From NCBI GenBank assembly GCA_051872415.1, contig JBJEDW010000042.1:1-47310 (forward strand): 47,310 nt of DNA, in the 5' to 3' direction. A model generated the notes under the pieces. It was not told the origin of the DNA and did no database searches. It saw only the letters and a program-made list of their open reading frames with translations. Source of the DNA: Bacilli bacterium. GTDB lineage: Bacteria > Bacillota_I > Bacilli_A > RF39 > UBA660. Below, in pieces: positions 1 to 9,465 of this stretch. The position numbers and the translations under genes were made by a program. Numbering within the stretch: the first letter of the stretch is position 1; every line of letters begins with the position of its first letter.

Positions 1-256
1 TAATTTATAAGAATCATTTCTATTAATTTTTCTATTTAACATTGGTATTTCCATGAAATTACCTTCTTTCAAGAATCACTATAAACTAAAGTAAAACAAA
101 AGTAAAATGAGCAACTATAAGATTTAAGACAAAATAAAAAGATGAAACATAAATATTGGCTTTATACAAAATTATAATTTCATCTTGTTTACCATAATCA
201 AATTTTACGTTTCATACTTTTTTAAAAATTTAAGAAAAGAACTAGGTAATTATATA

Positions 257-2023
257 TTACATAGCTCTTTTAAATAGTTTTTCCAGTTCATAATAACTAT
301 AATTTATAATGGTAGGTCTTCCATGAGGACATGTATAAGGATTATCACATTTTAAAAGTGTTTCTAAAAGTTTATCTGCTTCTTCTAAAGAAATATAATC
401 ATTTGCTTTTATAGACATTTTACATGCTAAAGTAATCGCTATTTTTTCATTAAATTTTTCTTTAGAAAAATCATTTTCTGATATAATAATTTCTAATATT
501 TTTCTTACTGAATCAGTAATATATCTAGAGTTTAACCATTTTGGATGTTTTCTAATTATTACTGAGTTTTGTCCAAACTCTTCAAAGAAAATACCTACTT
601 TATTTATAATATCTTGTTTTTCTTTAAGTTCTAAAAACTCACTAGAAGTAAATTCTAATTTTATAGGCACTAAAACATCTGTTATTTCTCTAGTGTCTTC
701 ACCAAGCTTTTTCTTATATCTTTCATAGTTTATTCTTTCTTGACCAGCGTGTTGATCTATAATATACATACCTTCGTCATTTTCTCCAATTATATAAGTA
801 TTTTTTACAATTCCTACTGGAGTTATTTTATTAACAGTTTCTTTTTTCTCTTTACTATCTTCTACTTTATAAAGTTCTTCTTCCTCATTTGCATTAAAGT
901 TAAAAGAAATTTCTTCATATCTAGGACTTACTACTTCTTTTTCTTTAAAGTCTAAGTCTTTGTTAATTGTAGTAATTTCATTTATATTAGATATAACTTT
1001 TTCTTCTGATTTTATCTCTGGTACTAGAACTAATTTTAAAAGAGCATCACTTATAGTTTTTAATAAAAGTGCCTCTAATTCTTCTAATTTTGAAAATTTA
1101 ATATCCATTTTTGTTGGATGAACATTTACATCAATTATTGATGGATCTGCTTCAATATTTAAGACTACTACTGGGTATCTCCCAATTGGTAAATAAGTAT
1201 GATAACCTTCTAAAATAGTTTTTATGACATTATTATTTCTAACATATCTACCATTTACAAAAAGTGTAATAAAATTCCTAGAAGAACGATTAATTTCAGG
1301 ATAAGAAATATAACCATTTATTTCATAATCACTATTTTCTGAAGAAATCTTTATCATTTTTTTAGTTACTTCGAGTCCATAAACACTATTGATAACTTTT
1401 AATAAATTACCAGAGCCATCAGTAGATAAAAGTTTTTTATCATTGTTAGTTAAACTAAATTTAATATTTGGATAAGAAAGTGCCATTTTAGTAACATAAG
1501 AAGTTATATTAGCAAGTTCTGTATGTAAATTTTTAAGATATTTAAGTCTAGCAGGAGTATTATAAAAAATATCTTTTACTGTAATTTTAGTACCTGTTCT
1601 AAGAGAAGAAGAAATAACCTCTTCTATATTTCCACCATTTATTATAACAGTAGTACCAATATCTTCGTATGATGTTTCTATTTTCATTTTAGAAACAGAG
1701 GCAATTGAAGGAAGTGCTTCACCACGAAATCCCAAGGTATCTATGTGAAATAAATCTTCATCAGTATAAAGCTTACTAGTGGCATGTCTTTTAAGACAAT
1801 TTACAGCATCTTCTCTACTCATACCAATTCCATCATCTGAAACACTTATTTCTTTAGTACCAGATTCTATTAAATCTATCTTGATAAAAGAAGAACCTGC
1901 ATCAATACTATTTTCCACAAGCTCTTTAACAACATTCATAAGAGTTTCTACTACTTCACCCGCAGCTATTTTATTGGATAAATTAGTATCCATTACTTTT
2001 ATTTTATTCATTTTTTCGATCAT
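257..2023 (-). CDS. mutL: DNA mismatch repair protein MutL
   Basis: 588-aa ORF. The N-terminus has GHKL ATPase motifs (IAAGEVVE, ELVENSIDAG, DDGIGM) and the C-terminus has a MutL-type region. The start ATG overlaps the stop of the upstream ORF (ATGA). Confidence 0.95.
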   Translation of the reverse strand: MIEKMNKIKVMDTNLSNKIAAGEVVETLMNVVKELVENSIDAGSSFIKIDLIESGTKEISVSDDGIGMSREDAVNCLKRHATSKLYTDEDLFHIDTLGFRGEALPSIASVSKMKIETSYEDIGTTVIINGGNIEEVISSSLRTGTKITVKDIFYNTPARLKYLKNLHTELANITSYVTKMALSYPNIKFSLTNNDKKLLSTDGSGNLLKVINSVYGLEVTKKMIKISSENSDYEINGYISYPEINRSSRNFITLFVNGRYVRNNNVIKTILEGYHTYLPIGRYPVVVLNIEADPSIIDVNVHPTKMDIKFSKLEELEALLLKTISDALLKLVLVPEIKSEEKVISNINEITTINKDLDFKEKEVVSPRYEEISFNFNANEEEELYKVEDSKEKKETVNKITPVGIVKNTYIIGENDEGMYIIDQHAGQERINYERYKKKLGEDTREITDVLVPIKLEFTSSEFLELKEKQDIINKVGIFFEEFGQNSVIIRKHPKWLNSRYITDSVRKILEIIISENDFSKEKFNEKIAITLACKMSIKANDYISLEEADKLLETLLKCDNPYTCPHGRPTIINYSYYELEKLFKRAM

Positions 2024-2631
2024 TCTCCCCTAAAATAATAACAAAGATTTTTTGTATCAGCAAAATCATCTATTAAAACTTCATCATTTTTCACTAATTT
2101 AACACACAACATTTCCTCTTGTGAAGGTAAAGGAGTACCACCACTAGTTTCTTGACACTCTTTAACTAGTTCTTTTTCATTTTCTGTTGTCTCAGATTCA
2201 GATATTTTATCAGATATTTTAGAAGTAACTAAACATGTTCCATCCTTAACATAAGTTGCTTCATCTTTACCTTCTGTATAATCTGTGATATTTAATAAGT
2301 CCCCCTTAACAACAAGTTTAAAAATGCTCCCCTCTAAATCAGCTTTTTTTAAATGATCACCACTATAAGTTAATTCACTAAAATATTTGTTAAAAATTGT
2401 ACCATCAATAATATTAAAATCTATTGTTTTTAAATAACTTTTTCCTGTCATTAATAAGTCAGAACGATACTTATCATAAGCATCCTCAATAGTAGAATTA
2501 AGATTAACTAGTTCTTTTTCTTTAACAGTTTGCCTATATTTAGATACCCCTACTACTGCCAAAGAAGATAAAATTCCTAGAATTACAATAACTGCTAACA
2601 TTTCAACCAAAGTAAATCCCTTATTTTTCAT
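2020..2631 (-). CDS. prepilin-type N-terminal cleavage/methylation domain protein (type IV pilin/pseudopilin-like)
   Basis: The N-terminus MKNKG/FTLVEMLAVIVILGILSSLAVV is a class III signal peptide (G-F-T-L-x-E) followed by a hydrophobic helix. The remainder is unique and contains several Cys. Confidence 0.8.
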   Translation of the reverse strand: MKNKGFTLVEMLAVIVILGILSSLAVVGVSKYRQTVKEKELVNLNSTIEDAYDKYRSDLLMTGKSYLKTIDFNIIDGTIFNKYFSELTYSGDHLKKADLEGSIFKLVVKGDLLNITDYTEGKDEATYVKDGTCLVTSKISDKISESETTENEKELVKECQETSGGTPLPSQEEMLCVKLVKNDEVLIDDFADTKNLCYYFRGE

Positions 2632-2687
2632 ATTATCACCTTCTAGTAAAAGTTTAACATAAAAAAATTAAAAAAAGAAGATATTAA

Positions 2688-3386
2688 TTAATATTTTATA
2701 TCCCCACTTTTTATAAATTCTCTTAAAATTTTAGTAACTGCTCTTTTTTCAATTCTTGAAACATAACTTCTTGAAATATTAAGATCTTTTGCTATCTCTT
2801 TTTGAGTTTGTTCATCGTGATTTAAGAGCCCGTATCTTCTTACAATTATCTCTTTTTCTCTTTGAGAAAGCCTATTTAAATATTTTCCAAGTAATTTAAT
2901 ATTATCTTTTACATACATATCTTCTATATAATCAGGTTTCGGAGTTTTTAAAATATCTAAGATTGTTATATCATTACCTTCTTTATCATATCCAATTGGA
3001 TCATCTAAAGATATTGTATTATTATTTTTCTTATTACTTCTAAAAAACATTAATACTTCATTTTCAATACATTTAGCACAATAAGTAGTAATCTTTGTTC
3101 CATGTTTTTTTGAGTAAGAATCTATTCCCTTTATTAACCCAATAGTGCCAATACTTATTAAATCATCATTATCTATGTTGGTATTTTCATATTTTTTTGT
3201 AATATGTGCAACTAATCTTAAATTATGTTCAATAAGTTTATCTCTTGCGTCTTTATCTCCTTTTAAAAGCAAATCAATATATTTTTCTTCTTCTTCTTTT
3301 GAAAGTGGCTCTTTAAAGACATTATTAGAATAAGAAGTTTTAAAAAGCATTAAAGCCTTTAAAAATGTTACTAAGCTTACTAACAA
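2688..3386 (-). CDS. sigK: sporulation sigma factor SigK (pro-sigma-K), uninterrupted
   Basis: The stretch SYSNNVFKEPLSKEEEEKY...LIEHNLRLVAHITKKYENT...DLISIGTIGLIKGIDSY...CIENEVLMFFR tracks my memory of B. subtilis SigK, including a hydrophobic pro-sequence. TTG start, 6-7 nt after AGGTGA. Confidence 0.85.
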   Translation of the reverse strand: MLVSLVTFLKALMLFKTSYSNNVFKEPLSKEEEEKYIDLLLKGDKDARDKLIEHNLRLVAHITKKYENTNIDNDDLISIGTIGLIKGIDSYSKKHGTKITTYCAKCIENEVLMFFRSNKKNNNTISLDDPIGYDKEGNDITILDILKTPKPDYIEDMYVKDNIKLLGKYLNRLSQREKEIIVRRYGLLNHDEQTQKEIAKDLNISRSYVSRIEKRAVTKILREFIKSGDIKY

Positions 3387-3473
3387 AATAAATCACCTAT
3401 TAAAGTATATGAAAAATATGTCAAAATATAAAATAACTTTGTTTTTATTGATAGAATTTGTTAAACTAATCTT

Positions 3474-3896
3474 ATGGAGGAGTTTATGAAAAAAGAAAAA
3501 TCTTGTGGTGCGATAATATATAAATGCAAAAATAACAAATTATATTTTTTAATTGTTAAACATAATGCTGGTCACTATTCCTTTCCTAAAGGACATATAG
3601 AAAAAGGCGAAACAGAAGAAGAAACTGCTATTCGTGAAGTTAAAGAAGAAACAAATATCGATATAGAAATTATTCCTGGATTTAGAGAAAAAATAACTTA
3701 TAGTCCAAAAGAAAATACTATTAAAGATGTTATTTTCTTTTTAGCTAAACCTTTATCTTATAACTTAAAACCTCAGGAAGAAGAAATAGAAAAAGTATCT
3801 TGGTATGATGAAAAAGAAGCTTTAAATATTATAACTTATAAAGAAGATAAAAATATTTTTAAAAGTGCTCTTTTATTTATAAAAAATAATATATAA
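3474..3896 (+). CDS. Nudix hydrolase
   Basis: Nudix box GHIEKGETEEETAIREVKEETNI (GX5EX7REUXEEXGU pattern). Confidence 0.85.
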   Translation: MEEFMKKEKSCGAIIYKCKNNKLYFLIVKHNAGHYSFPKGHIEKGETEEETAIREVKEETNIDIEIIPGFREKITYSPKENTIKDVIFFLAKPLSYNLKPQEEEIEKVSWYDEKEALNIITYKEDKNIFKSALLFIKNNI

Positions 3897-3937
3897 AAAC
3901 ACGAATTTTCCATGCCCTAAGTCATAAAATTAAAGAG

Positions 3938-4474
3938 GTGAAGAAAATGAATAATATAACAAAAATCAAACAAAGTAGTAAATACAAAAAAGATATAAAT
4001 AATATTTATAATGAAATAAATAAACATATCCCTTATCTAAAAAATTGGCAATTAAATCAAAGTGTTATTTTTGAAGAGAATAAAAAAATTCTTTGTAAAG
4101 CTATAACTAATGATAAAAAAGAAAAAATAGGAAATAAAATAAGTATTTACTTTACTGAAGATTCTCTTTGTTTATATGAACTAATTAATTCTAAAAATAG
4201 TTTATCTTTTATTAAAAGTTATACTGAAGATGAAAAAATAATTAAAGAGATTATTAATATTTCTTTAAGTAAAAATCTTTTAAGTAGAAGTTGTCTTTAT
4301 AAAGAAAACGAAAAAGAGTTATCTTACAAAGAAATATATAATATAAAAGAAGATACTACTAAAATAGAAACTAATATACCCATCTTAGAGTTAGAAAGTT
4401 TTGAAGAAATAGAAGAAATTTTAGAAGAGATTAAACAAATTTTTAAAAATGAAAAAAAGGTAAAACATCTTTAA
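3938..4474 (+). CDS. hypothetical protein
   Basis: 178-aa ORF in a consistent coding context. No motif recognised. Confidence 0.45.
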   Translation: MKKMNNITKIKQSSKYKKDINNIYNEINKHIPYLKNWQLNQSVIFEENKKILCKAITNDKKEKIGNKISIYFTEDSLCLYELINSKNSLSFIKSYTEDEKIIKEIINISLSKNLLSRSCLYKENEKELSYKEIYNIKEDTTKIETNIPILELESFEEIEEILEEIKQIFKNEKKVKHL

Positions 4475-4486
4475 AGGTTTTATCTT

Positions 4487-5617
4487 TTATTTTATAGATA
4501 ATCTACGTATTTTGGATTTATCCAAATCTAGTTTTGAAGTATTTAAATCAAAGACAAAATTATTATCACTACCACTATACATTCCTTTAGTATCTCTTAT
4601 TTTTTTTATTACTTCTTTCTCTAAAAGAGGATAGATCATTTCTTGATAAATATCACTAACTCTTTTTTTATCATTTTTTAAGTTATAAAAATAAGTAAAA
4701 TCTTTAAGTGTTTTAAGTCCATTCATTGATAAAATATCTAAAATAGCAGAAAACTCTATAGAAGTAAGTTTTTCTTTTGAAGATGCTTTTATTGCTTGAA
4801 TAACATATTCTTTTTCTAGTTCTTTTTTTACATTAACTAATAGGTACTGAAGAAAACTAGTTAGATCATGACTTGTTTTAGATTTTCTTATTTCTTTATA
4901 ATAAACATTTTTAGAATTTCCTATTGCCCTATTAAAGATTATATAAGGATAAGCTTCATTATTTAACAAATACCACATTGAAGTAGTTCTAGCACTTCTT
5001 CCATTTATATCAAAATAAGGATGGATATATACAAAATAGAAATGTGCTATTTGAGATTTTATATAATAATCTGTTATAGTATCTATATTATCTTCTTGTT
5101 CTAAAAACTTAAAATATTTATTCATCATACCATCAATATTTTCTACTTTTACCCCTTCATCTGGAGGAACTTTAATATTATCTGAAAAATAGATAAACAC
5201 ATCATCTTCTCTATAAAACTTTCCCATATGTTCAATATCATAATCGCTTAATAAATTAAAAGAAAGAATTTTATATAGATTTCTAAGATTTTCTTTATTT
5301 ATACTTGGTCTTTCCAAAATATATTTGTAACCTTTATATAAATTGATAATTCTATTTTTTTTATTTTCATCAGAAATACTTTTATTATTTCTTATAACTT
5401 CTTCTATTTGGGAAACATTATCTAAATAACCTTCTATAGTATTATTAGTTTTTATTTCTTGTGAATGCATTACTTTTTTTGAAAAATCTAGAGTATTCAT
5501 TTGACTTTCTTCATTAATAAAAGATTCTAGCTCTTCTTTTAAAGACTTTATATATTCATCATTCAAATACAAAGGTTGTCCATTTTCTAAATTTAGATTT
5601 TCTATTTTTCTATACAT
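4487..5617 (-). CDS. Fic/DOC family protein
   Basis: Fic motif HPYFDINGRSAR (HxFx[D/E]xNGRxxR), with one deviation (I in place of G). Confidence 0.85.
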   Translation of the reverse strand: MYRKIENLNLENGQPLYLNDEYIKSLKEELESFINEESQMNTLDFSKKVMHSQEIKTNNTIEGYLDNVSQIEEVIRNNKSISDENKKNRIINLYKGYKYILERPSINKENLRNLYKILSFNLLSDYDIEHMGKFYREDDVFIYFSDNIKVPPDEGVKVENIDGMMNKYFKFLEQEDNIDTITDYYIKSQIAHFYFVYIHPYFDINGRSARTTSMWYLLNNEAYPYIIFNRAIGNSKNVYYKEIRKSKTSHDLTSFLQYLLVNVKKELEKEYVIQAIKASSKEKLTSIEFSAILDILSMNGLKTLKDFTYFYNLKNDKKRVSDIYQEMIYPLLEKEVIKKIRDTKGMYSGSDNNFVFDLNTSKLDLDKSKIRRLSIK

Positions 5618-5710
5618 AGTAATCCTCCTTTTAGATAGATATTATATCCTAGTATTACTAAAATTGCTATAAGAAATTATTTGTAGTATAATAACAGAAA
5701 GGTGATTTAA

Positions 5711-6832
5711 GTGGAAATAATAGGAATAATCGCAGAATATAATCCTTTTCATAGTGGTCATAGATATCATATTGATAAAATCAAAGAAATGTATAAGGAT
5801 TCTATAATAATTGCAGTAATCTCTTCTTGTTTTACTGAAAGAGGAGAAGTTAGTATTTTAAATAAATGGGATAAAACTAAAGTAGCACTTGATAATAATA
5901 TTGATTTAGTTATAGAACTTCCTTTTGTTTACTCAAGTCAAAGTGCTGATATATTTGCTAAAGGAGCTCTTAAAATTTTAAATGCTTTAAAAGTAGATAA
6001 AATAGTCTTCGGAAGTGAATGTAATAATATTAGTAAATTAAAAAAAATTGCAAATATTCAAATAAATGATAAAAACTTTGATGAAAAGGTAAAAAAATAT
6101 TTAAAAGATGGCAATAATTACCCTACAAGTATCTCTAAAGCTTTGAAAGAAGAAAATATTACAAAAATAGATAGTCCAAATGATTTACTAGCAATATCTT
6201 ATCTTAAAGAGATTATTAAAAATAATTATAAAATTGAAGGAATATCTATTAAAAGAACTAATAATTATCACGGAAATAATGAAGGACAAATTTTAAGCGC
6301 AAGTGAATTAAGACAAAAAATAAAAAATAATGAAGCAATAAAAGATTATGTAAATTATGATGAAAATATTATATATAAAAATACTAACTTTTTTCCCTTC
6401 TTAAAGTATCAAATTATTAATAATTTTGATACTTTAGATAAATTTCAAACGGTTGATGAAGGTATTGAAAATAGAATAAAAAAATTTATCATTGATGTTA
6501 AAGATAAAGAAGAACTTGTAAATAAGTTAAAAACAAAAAGATATACTTATAATAAAATAAATAGAATGTTAGTTCATATATTAATTGGTCTTACTAAAGA
6601 AAATGCTAAACTTGATATAGATTATATTAGAGTATTAGGATTTAATCAAAGAGGAAGAAATTATTTAAATAAAATAAAAAAAGAGACTTCTATAAAGATT
6701 ATAACTAAGTATAAAGATATAGATAGTCCCTTATTAGAAATTGAGAAAAAAGCAAGTTTTATTTATTCTATCATTGTAAACGATAGTAGTTTGATAAAAA
6801 AAGAATTTGAAAAGCCTATTTGTAGAAAGTAA
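5711..6832 (+). CDS. tmcAL: tRNA(Met) cytidine acetate ligase (YlbM/TmcAL family nucleotidyltransferase)
   Basis: The N-terminus GIIAEYNPFHSGHRYHI is the HxGH-type nucleotidyltransferase signature typical of the UPF0348/TmcAL family. The length (373 aa) fits. Confidence 0.75.
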   Translation: MEIIGIIAEYNPFHSGHRYHIDKIKEMYKDSIIIAVISSCFTERGEVSILNKWDKTKVALDNNIDLVIELPFVYSSQSADIFAKGALKILNALKVDKIVFGSECNNISKLKKIANIQINDKNFDEKVKKYLKDGNNYPTSISKALKEENITKIDSPNDLLAISYLKEIIKNNYKIEGISIKRTNNYHGNNEGQILSASELRQKIKNNEAIKDYVNYDENIIYKNTNFFPFLKYQIINNFDTLDKFQTVDEGIENRIKKFIIDVKDKEELVNKLKTKRYTYNKINRMLVHILIGLTKENAKLDIDYIRVLGFNQRGRNYLNKIKKETSIKIITKYKDIDSPLLEIEKKASFIYSIIVNDSSLIKKEFEKPICRK

Positions 6833-6839
6833 GCTTTTT

Positions 6840-7409
6840 TTAATTAATGCATCCAGTAAAATAGTTTTCTACTACTCTTAGATACTGTTTAAAAATATTA
6901 GCTTTTTTAATATTTGAATCTGATAAAAGCGGAATTTCTTTTATTATTTTATTTTCATCTTTTAAATAAAGTTTACCTATTTCCTCCCCTTTCTTGATTG
7001 GATAATTTATATCTCCTAGTTTTATTTCATAAGTATAAGTTTTATTTTTTTCTCCTTTTTTTACTGTTACTTTAACATTTTCTCCTAAAACAAGATTAAC
7101 TTTGTTTTTGTTTGCTTTGTTAAGTTTTATTTCTTTTATGATTTTACCTTTAGAAAAAATGCTTTTACTTTCATACTGATTATATCCATAATCAAGTAGT
7201 GCCATTGTTTCGCTATTTCTAGTTGTAGTGTTATCATATCCTAGACTTATTACTATTAATCTAAGTCCATTTTTTTCAGCAGTTACTGCGATTGATGACC
7301 CTGCTTCATCTGTATAACCTGTTTTTAATCCATCTACTCCTTTGTAAAATTTAACAAGTTTAATTGTGTTTAAGTTTTGCAATAAAAATGCCTCTAATAT
7401 CAAATCCAT
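6840..7409 (-). pseudogene. 3' (C-terminal) segment of a split serine-type D-Ala-D-Ala carboxypeptidase. The native part is 6840..7354; codons upstream of the core derive from the element.
   Basis: KGVDGLKTGYTDEAGSSIAV carries the KTG box and is followed by a PBP5-type C-terminal beta-domain. There is no signal peptide, SxxK or SxN. The first 19 codons (MDLILEAFLLQNLNTIKLV) lie inside the inserted element. Confidence 0.85.
7342..7354. repeat. left junction core (att-like) TTGTAAAATTTAA
   Basis: 13 bp identical to 21233..21245, in the same reading-frame register of the dac gene (K-F-Y codons). It sits within the near-palindrome TTGTAAAATTTAACAA (7342..7357). Confidence 0.75.
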
Positions 7410-7465
7410 TATTGATTTTATTATATCATTTATGCATAATTTATGATAGATATTAAAGAAAAAAA

Positions 7466-7819
7466 TTAATTTAAATTGTTAATATAATCTCTAAGTTTTA
7501 GCAATGATCTACTTTTTACCCTAGAAACTTTATATTGTGGTATATCAAGTATTTTAGCTATTTCTTTTTGTTTATACTCCCTACATCCAATACCAAATGT
7601 CATTTTTATAATTAAATATTCCAATTCGTTTAAATTATTTTTTATAATATTATATAAGTCAATAGATGATTCTTTTATAATTACACTTTCTAATATATTT
7701 ATACTTTCATCTTTTATTGTATCCTTTATAGATAAATTATCGCTAATTTCTTCTTCTATTGAAATATTTGAATTAGTATTATTTTTTATAAATTTTAATA
7801 TTTCATTTTTTATACACAC
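7466..7819 (-). CDS. sigma-70 region-4-like HTH protein (no regions 2 or 3)
   Basis: The C-terminal LEYLIIKMTFGIGCREYKQKEIAKILDIPQYKVSRVKSRSLLKLRDYI resembles a sigma-70 region 4 / ECF-type HTH. The N-terminal half is low-complexity. GTG start. Confidence 0.55.
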   Translation of the reverse strand: MCIKNEILKFIKNNTNSNISIEEEISDNLSIKDTIKDESINILESVIIKESSIDLYNIIKNNLNELEYLIIKMTFGIGCREYKQKEIAKILDIPQYKVSRVKSRSLLKLRDYINNLN

Positions 7820-7924
7820 ATAAGCATAAGTATTAAAAACTCATATGTTTATCTTGATATATCAATATAAATAATTGTTTTATCAATAATAAAATGATAC
7901 TATTATTATTATTAAGAAAGGAAA

Positions 7925-8428
7925 GTGAATATGGAAACTATAGATTTATATGACAAAAACAAAAATAAATTAAACAAAACTTTTATCAGAAAAAAAGATA
8001 CTCTTTTGGAAAACGAATATTATTTACTTGAACAAGCTTGGATTGTTAATGACGAAGGAAAAATATTGTTAACGCAGAGAGGATTAAATAAATCTCATGG
8101 CGAAATGTGGGAAGCTACTGCAGGGCATGTAAAAGCAGGAGAAACGGATATGGAAGGTATTTTAAGAGAAATAAAGGAAGAAATTGGTATCACATTAAAA
8201 AATAGTGATTTAAATTTTATAAAATCACTAATCATTAAACAAGGTATTTTAGATATTTGGCTTGTAAGAAAAAATATTAATCTTTCAAACATTAAACTTA
8301 GAGAAAGCGAAACTATTGATGTAAAATATGTCTCATTTGAAGAATTTAAAAAAATGTATAACAATAAAGAAATCGTTCAAAATTTAGACTATTTTTTTGA
8401 TATTTATAAACAATATATTAATAAATAA
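7925..8428 (+). CDS. Nudix hydrolase
   Basis: Nudix box GHVKAGETDMEGILREIKEEIGI. Confidence 0.85.
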   Translation: MNMETIDLYDKNKNKLNKTFIRKKDTLLENEYYLLEQAWIVNDEGKILLTQRGLNKSHGEMWEATAGHVKAGETDMEGILREIKEEIGITLKNSDLNFIKSLIIKQGILDIWLVRKNINLSNIKLRESETIDVKYVSFEEFKKMYNNKEIVQNLDYFFDIYKQYINK

Positions 8429-8471
8429 AAGCACTAAAATGTTTCATTCTTATTAGTAACTTTTATATTAT

Positions 8472-8963
8472 TTACTTTTCTATATAAGTAGTAAATATTA
8501 CTTCATTATTATTTATCTTATCGATTTGCCCTTTTAAAAAATCAGGTTTTATAGGAGCATTATCAAGATTATTAATATCAAACCATTTGAAAACTAAATT
8601 TTCTGTTTTTTCTACTCCATTAAATTCTTCATCTTCAAAGCAAATCCATTCATCGTTTTCTACATTAACAATGTAACTAAAAATATATTGATGAATGTCA
8701 GTTTTATCAAATGTAAAAAAATACTCTGATACACTATTACATCTTTTTATTTCAAATCTATTTATATTTAATTCTTCTTGTAATTCTCTTTTTATTGTAT
8801 CAACGCTTTGTTCACCTACCCGTACTTTTCCTCCAGGTAAAGCCCAAAACTCGTCTTGTTTTCTTTTTTGAAATAAAACTTTACCATCTTTTTCTATAAC
8901 AGCAACTGCTCTTATATTTAATAAAACATCACAAATTTTTACATTTATATCTTTTTCTTTCAT
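8472..8963 (-). CDS. Nudix hydrolase (paralogue of 8969..9463)
   Basis: Nudix box PGGKVRVGEQSVDTIKRELQEELNI. It shares the N-terminal K-I-C-D-V-x-x-N-x-R-A-V-A motif with its neighbour. Confidence 0.85.
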   Translation of the reverse strand: MKEKDINVKICDVLLNIRAVAVIEKDGKVLFQKRKQDEFWALPGGKVRVGEQSVDTIKRELQEELNINRFEIKRCNSVSEYFFTFDKTDIHQYIFSYIVNVENDEWICFEDEEFNGVEKTENLVFKWFDINNLDNAPIKPDFLKGQIDKINNNEVIFTTYIEK

Positions 8964-8968
8964 TTAAT

Positions 8969-9463
8969 TCATCTCCTTATTTTTGATTTTACCATATTTT
9001 TTTTAGGATTATCAATAAGTTCAATTAATTTTTCTTTTATTTCTATTGGAGCAATAGAAATACTATTCAAATCATCTTCATTGAACCATGCATATTTTAA
9101 ATGCTTGTTTACTTCAATACCATCAAAATATTTTGTATCTTTTATTTTACTACCTTCTTTTAAAGAAGCCAAATACATAAACATATATTCATGAAATTTT
9201 TCATTATCATAGGTAAAGAAATTTTCAAAAAATCCCATACTTTCATTTATTTCAACTTCTTCTCCTATTTCTTCTTTTAACTCTCTTTTTATTGTTTCTC
9301 CACCTGTTTCTAATACAGCTATCTTCCCACCTGGTAAAGACCAAATTGTGTCTTTTTCTCTTTTTTGAAATAAAATTTTATCATTATCAACAATAATAGC
9401 TACAGCTCTACAATTAACCCTAACATCACATATCTTAAATGTTATATCTGTTTTTTCTGCCAT
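8969..9463 (-). CDS. Nudix hydrolase (paralogue of 8472..8963)
   Basis: Nudix box PGGKIAVLETGGETIKRELKEEIGEE. Confidence 0.85.
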   Translation of the reverse strand: MAEKTDITFKICDVRVNCRAVAIIVDNDKILFQKREKDTIWSLPGGKIAVLETGGETIKRELKEEIGEEVEINESMGFFENFFTYDNEKFHEYMFMYLASLKEGSKIKDTKYFDGIEVNKHLKYAWFNEDDLNSISIAPIEIKEKLIELIDNPKKNMVKSKIRR

Positions 9464-9465
9464 TT

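Noticed and set aside
1-54. Possible 5' end of a minus-strand gene (MEIPMLNRKINRNDSYKL...) with AGAAGG upstream.
   Set aside because: Only 18 codons are visible and no motif can be recognised, which is too little to call.
7355-7409. The ATG at 7409 as the genuine start of an independent 189-aa carboxypeptidase-domain protein.
   Set aside because: The first 19 codons lie in element DNA, there is no signal peptide, and the product would lack SxxK and SxN. The ORF start is most likely fortuitous, although expression of the fragment cannot be excluded.
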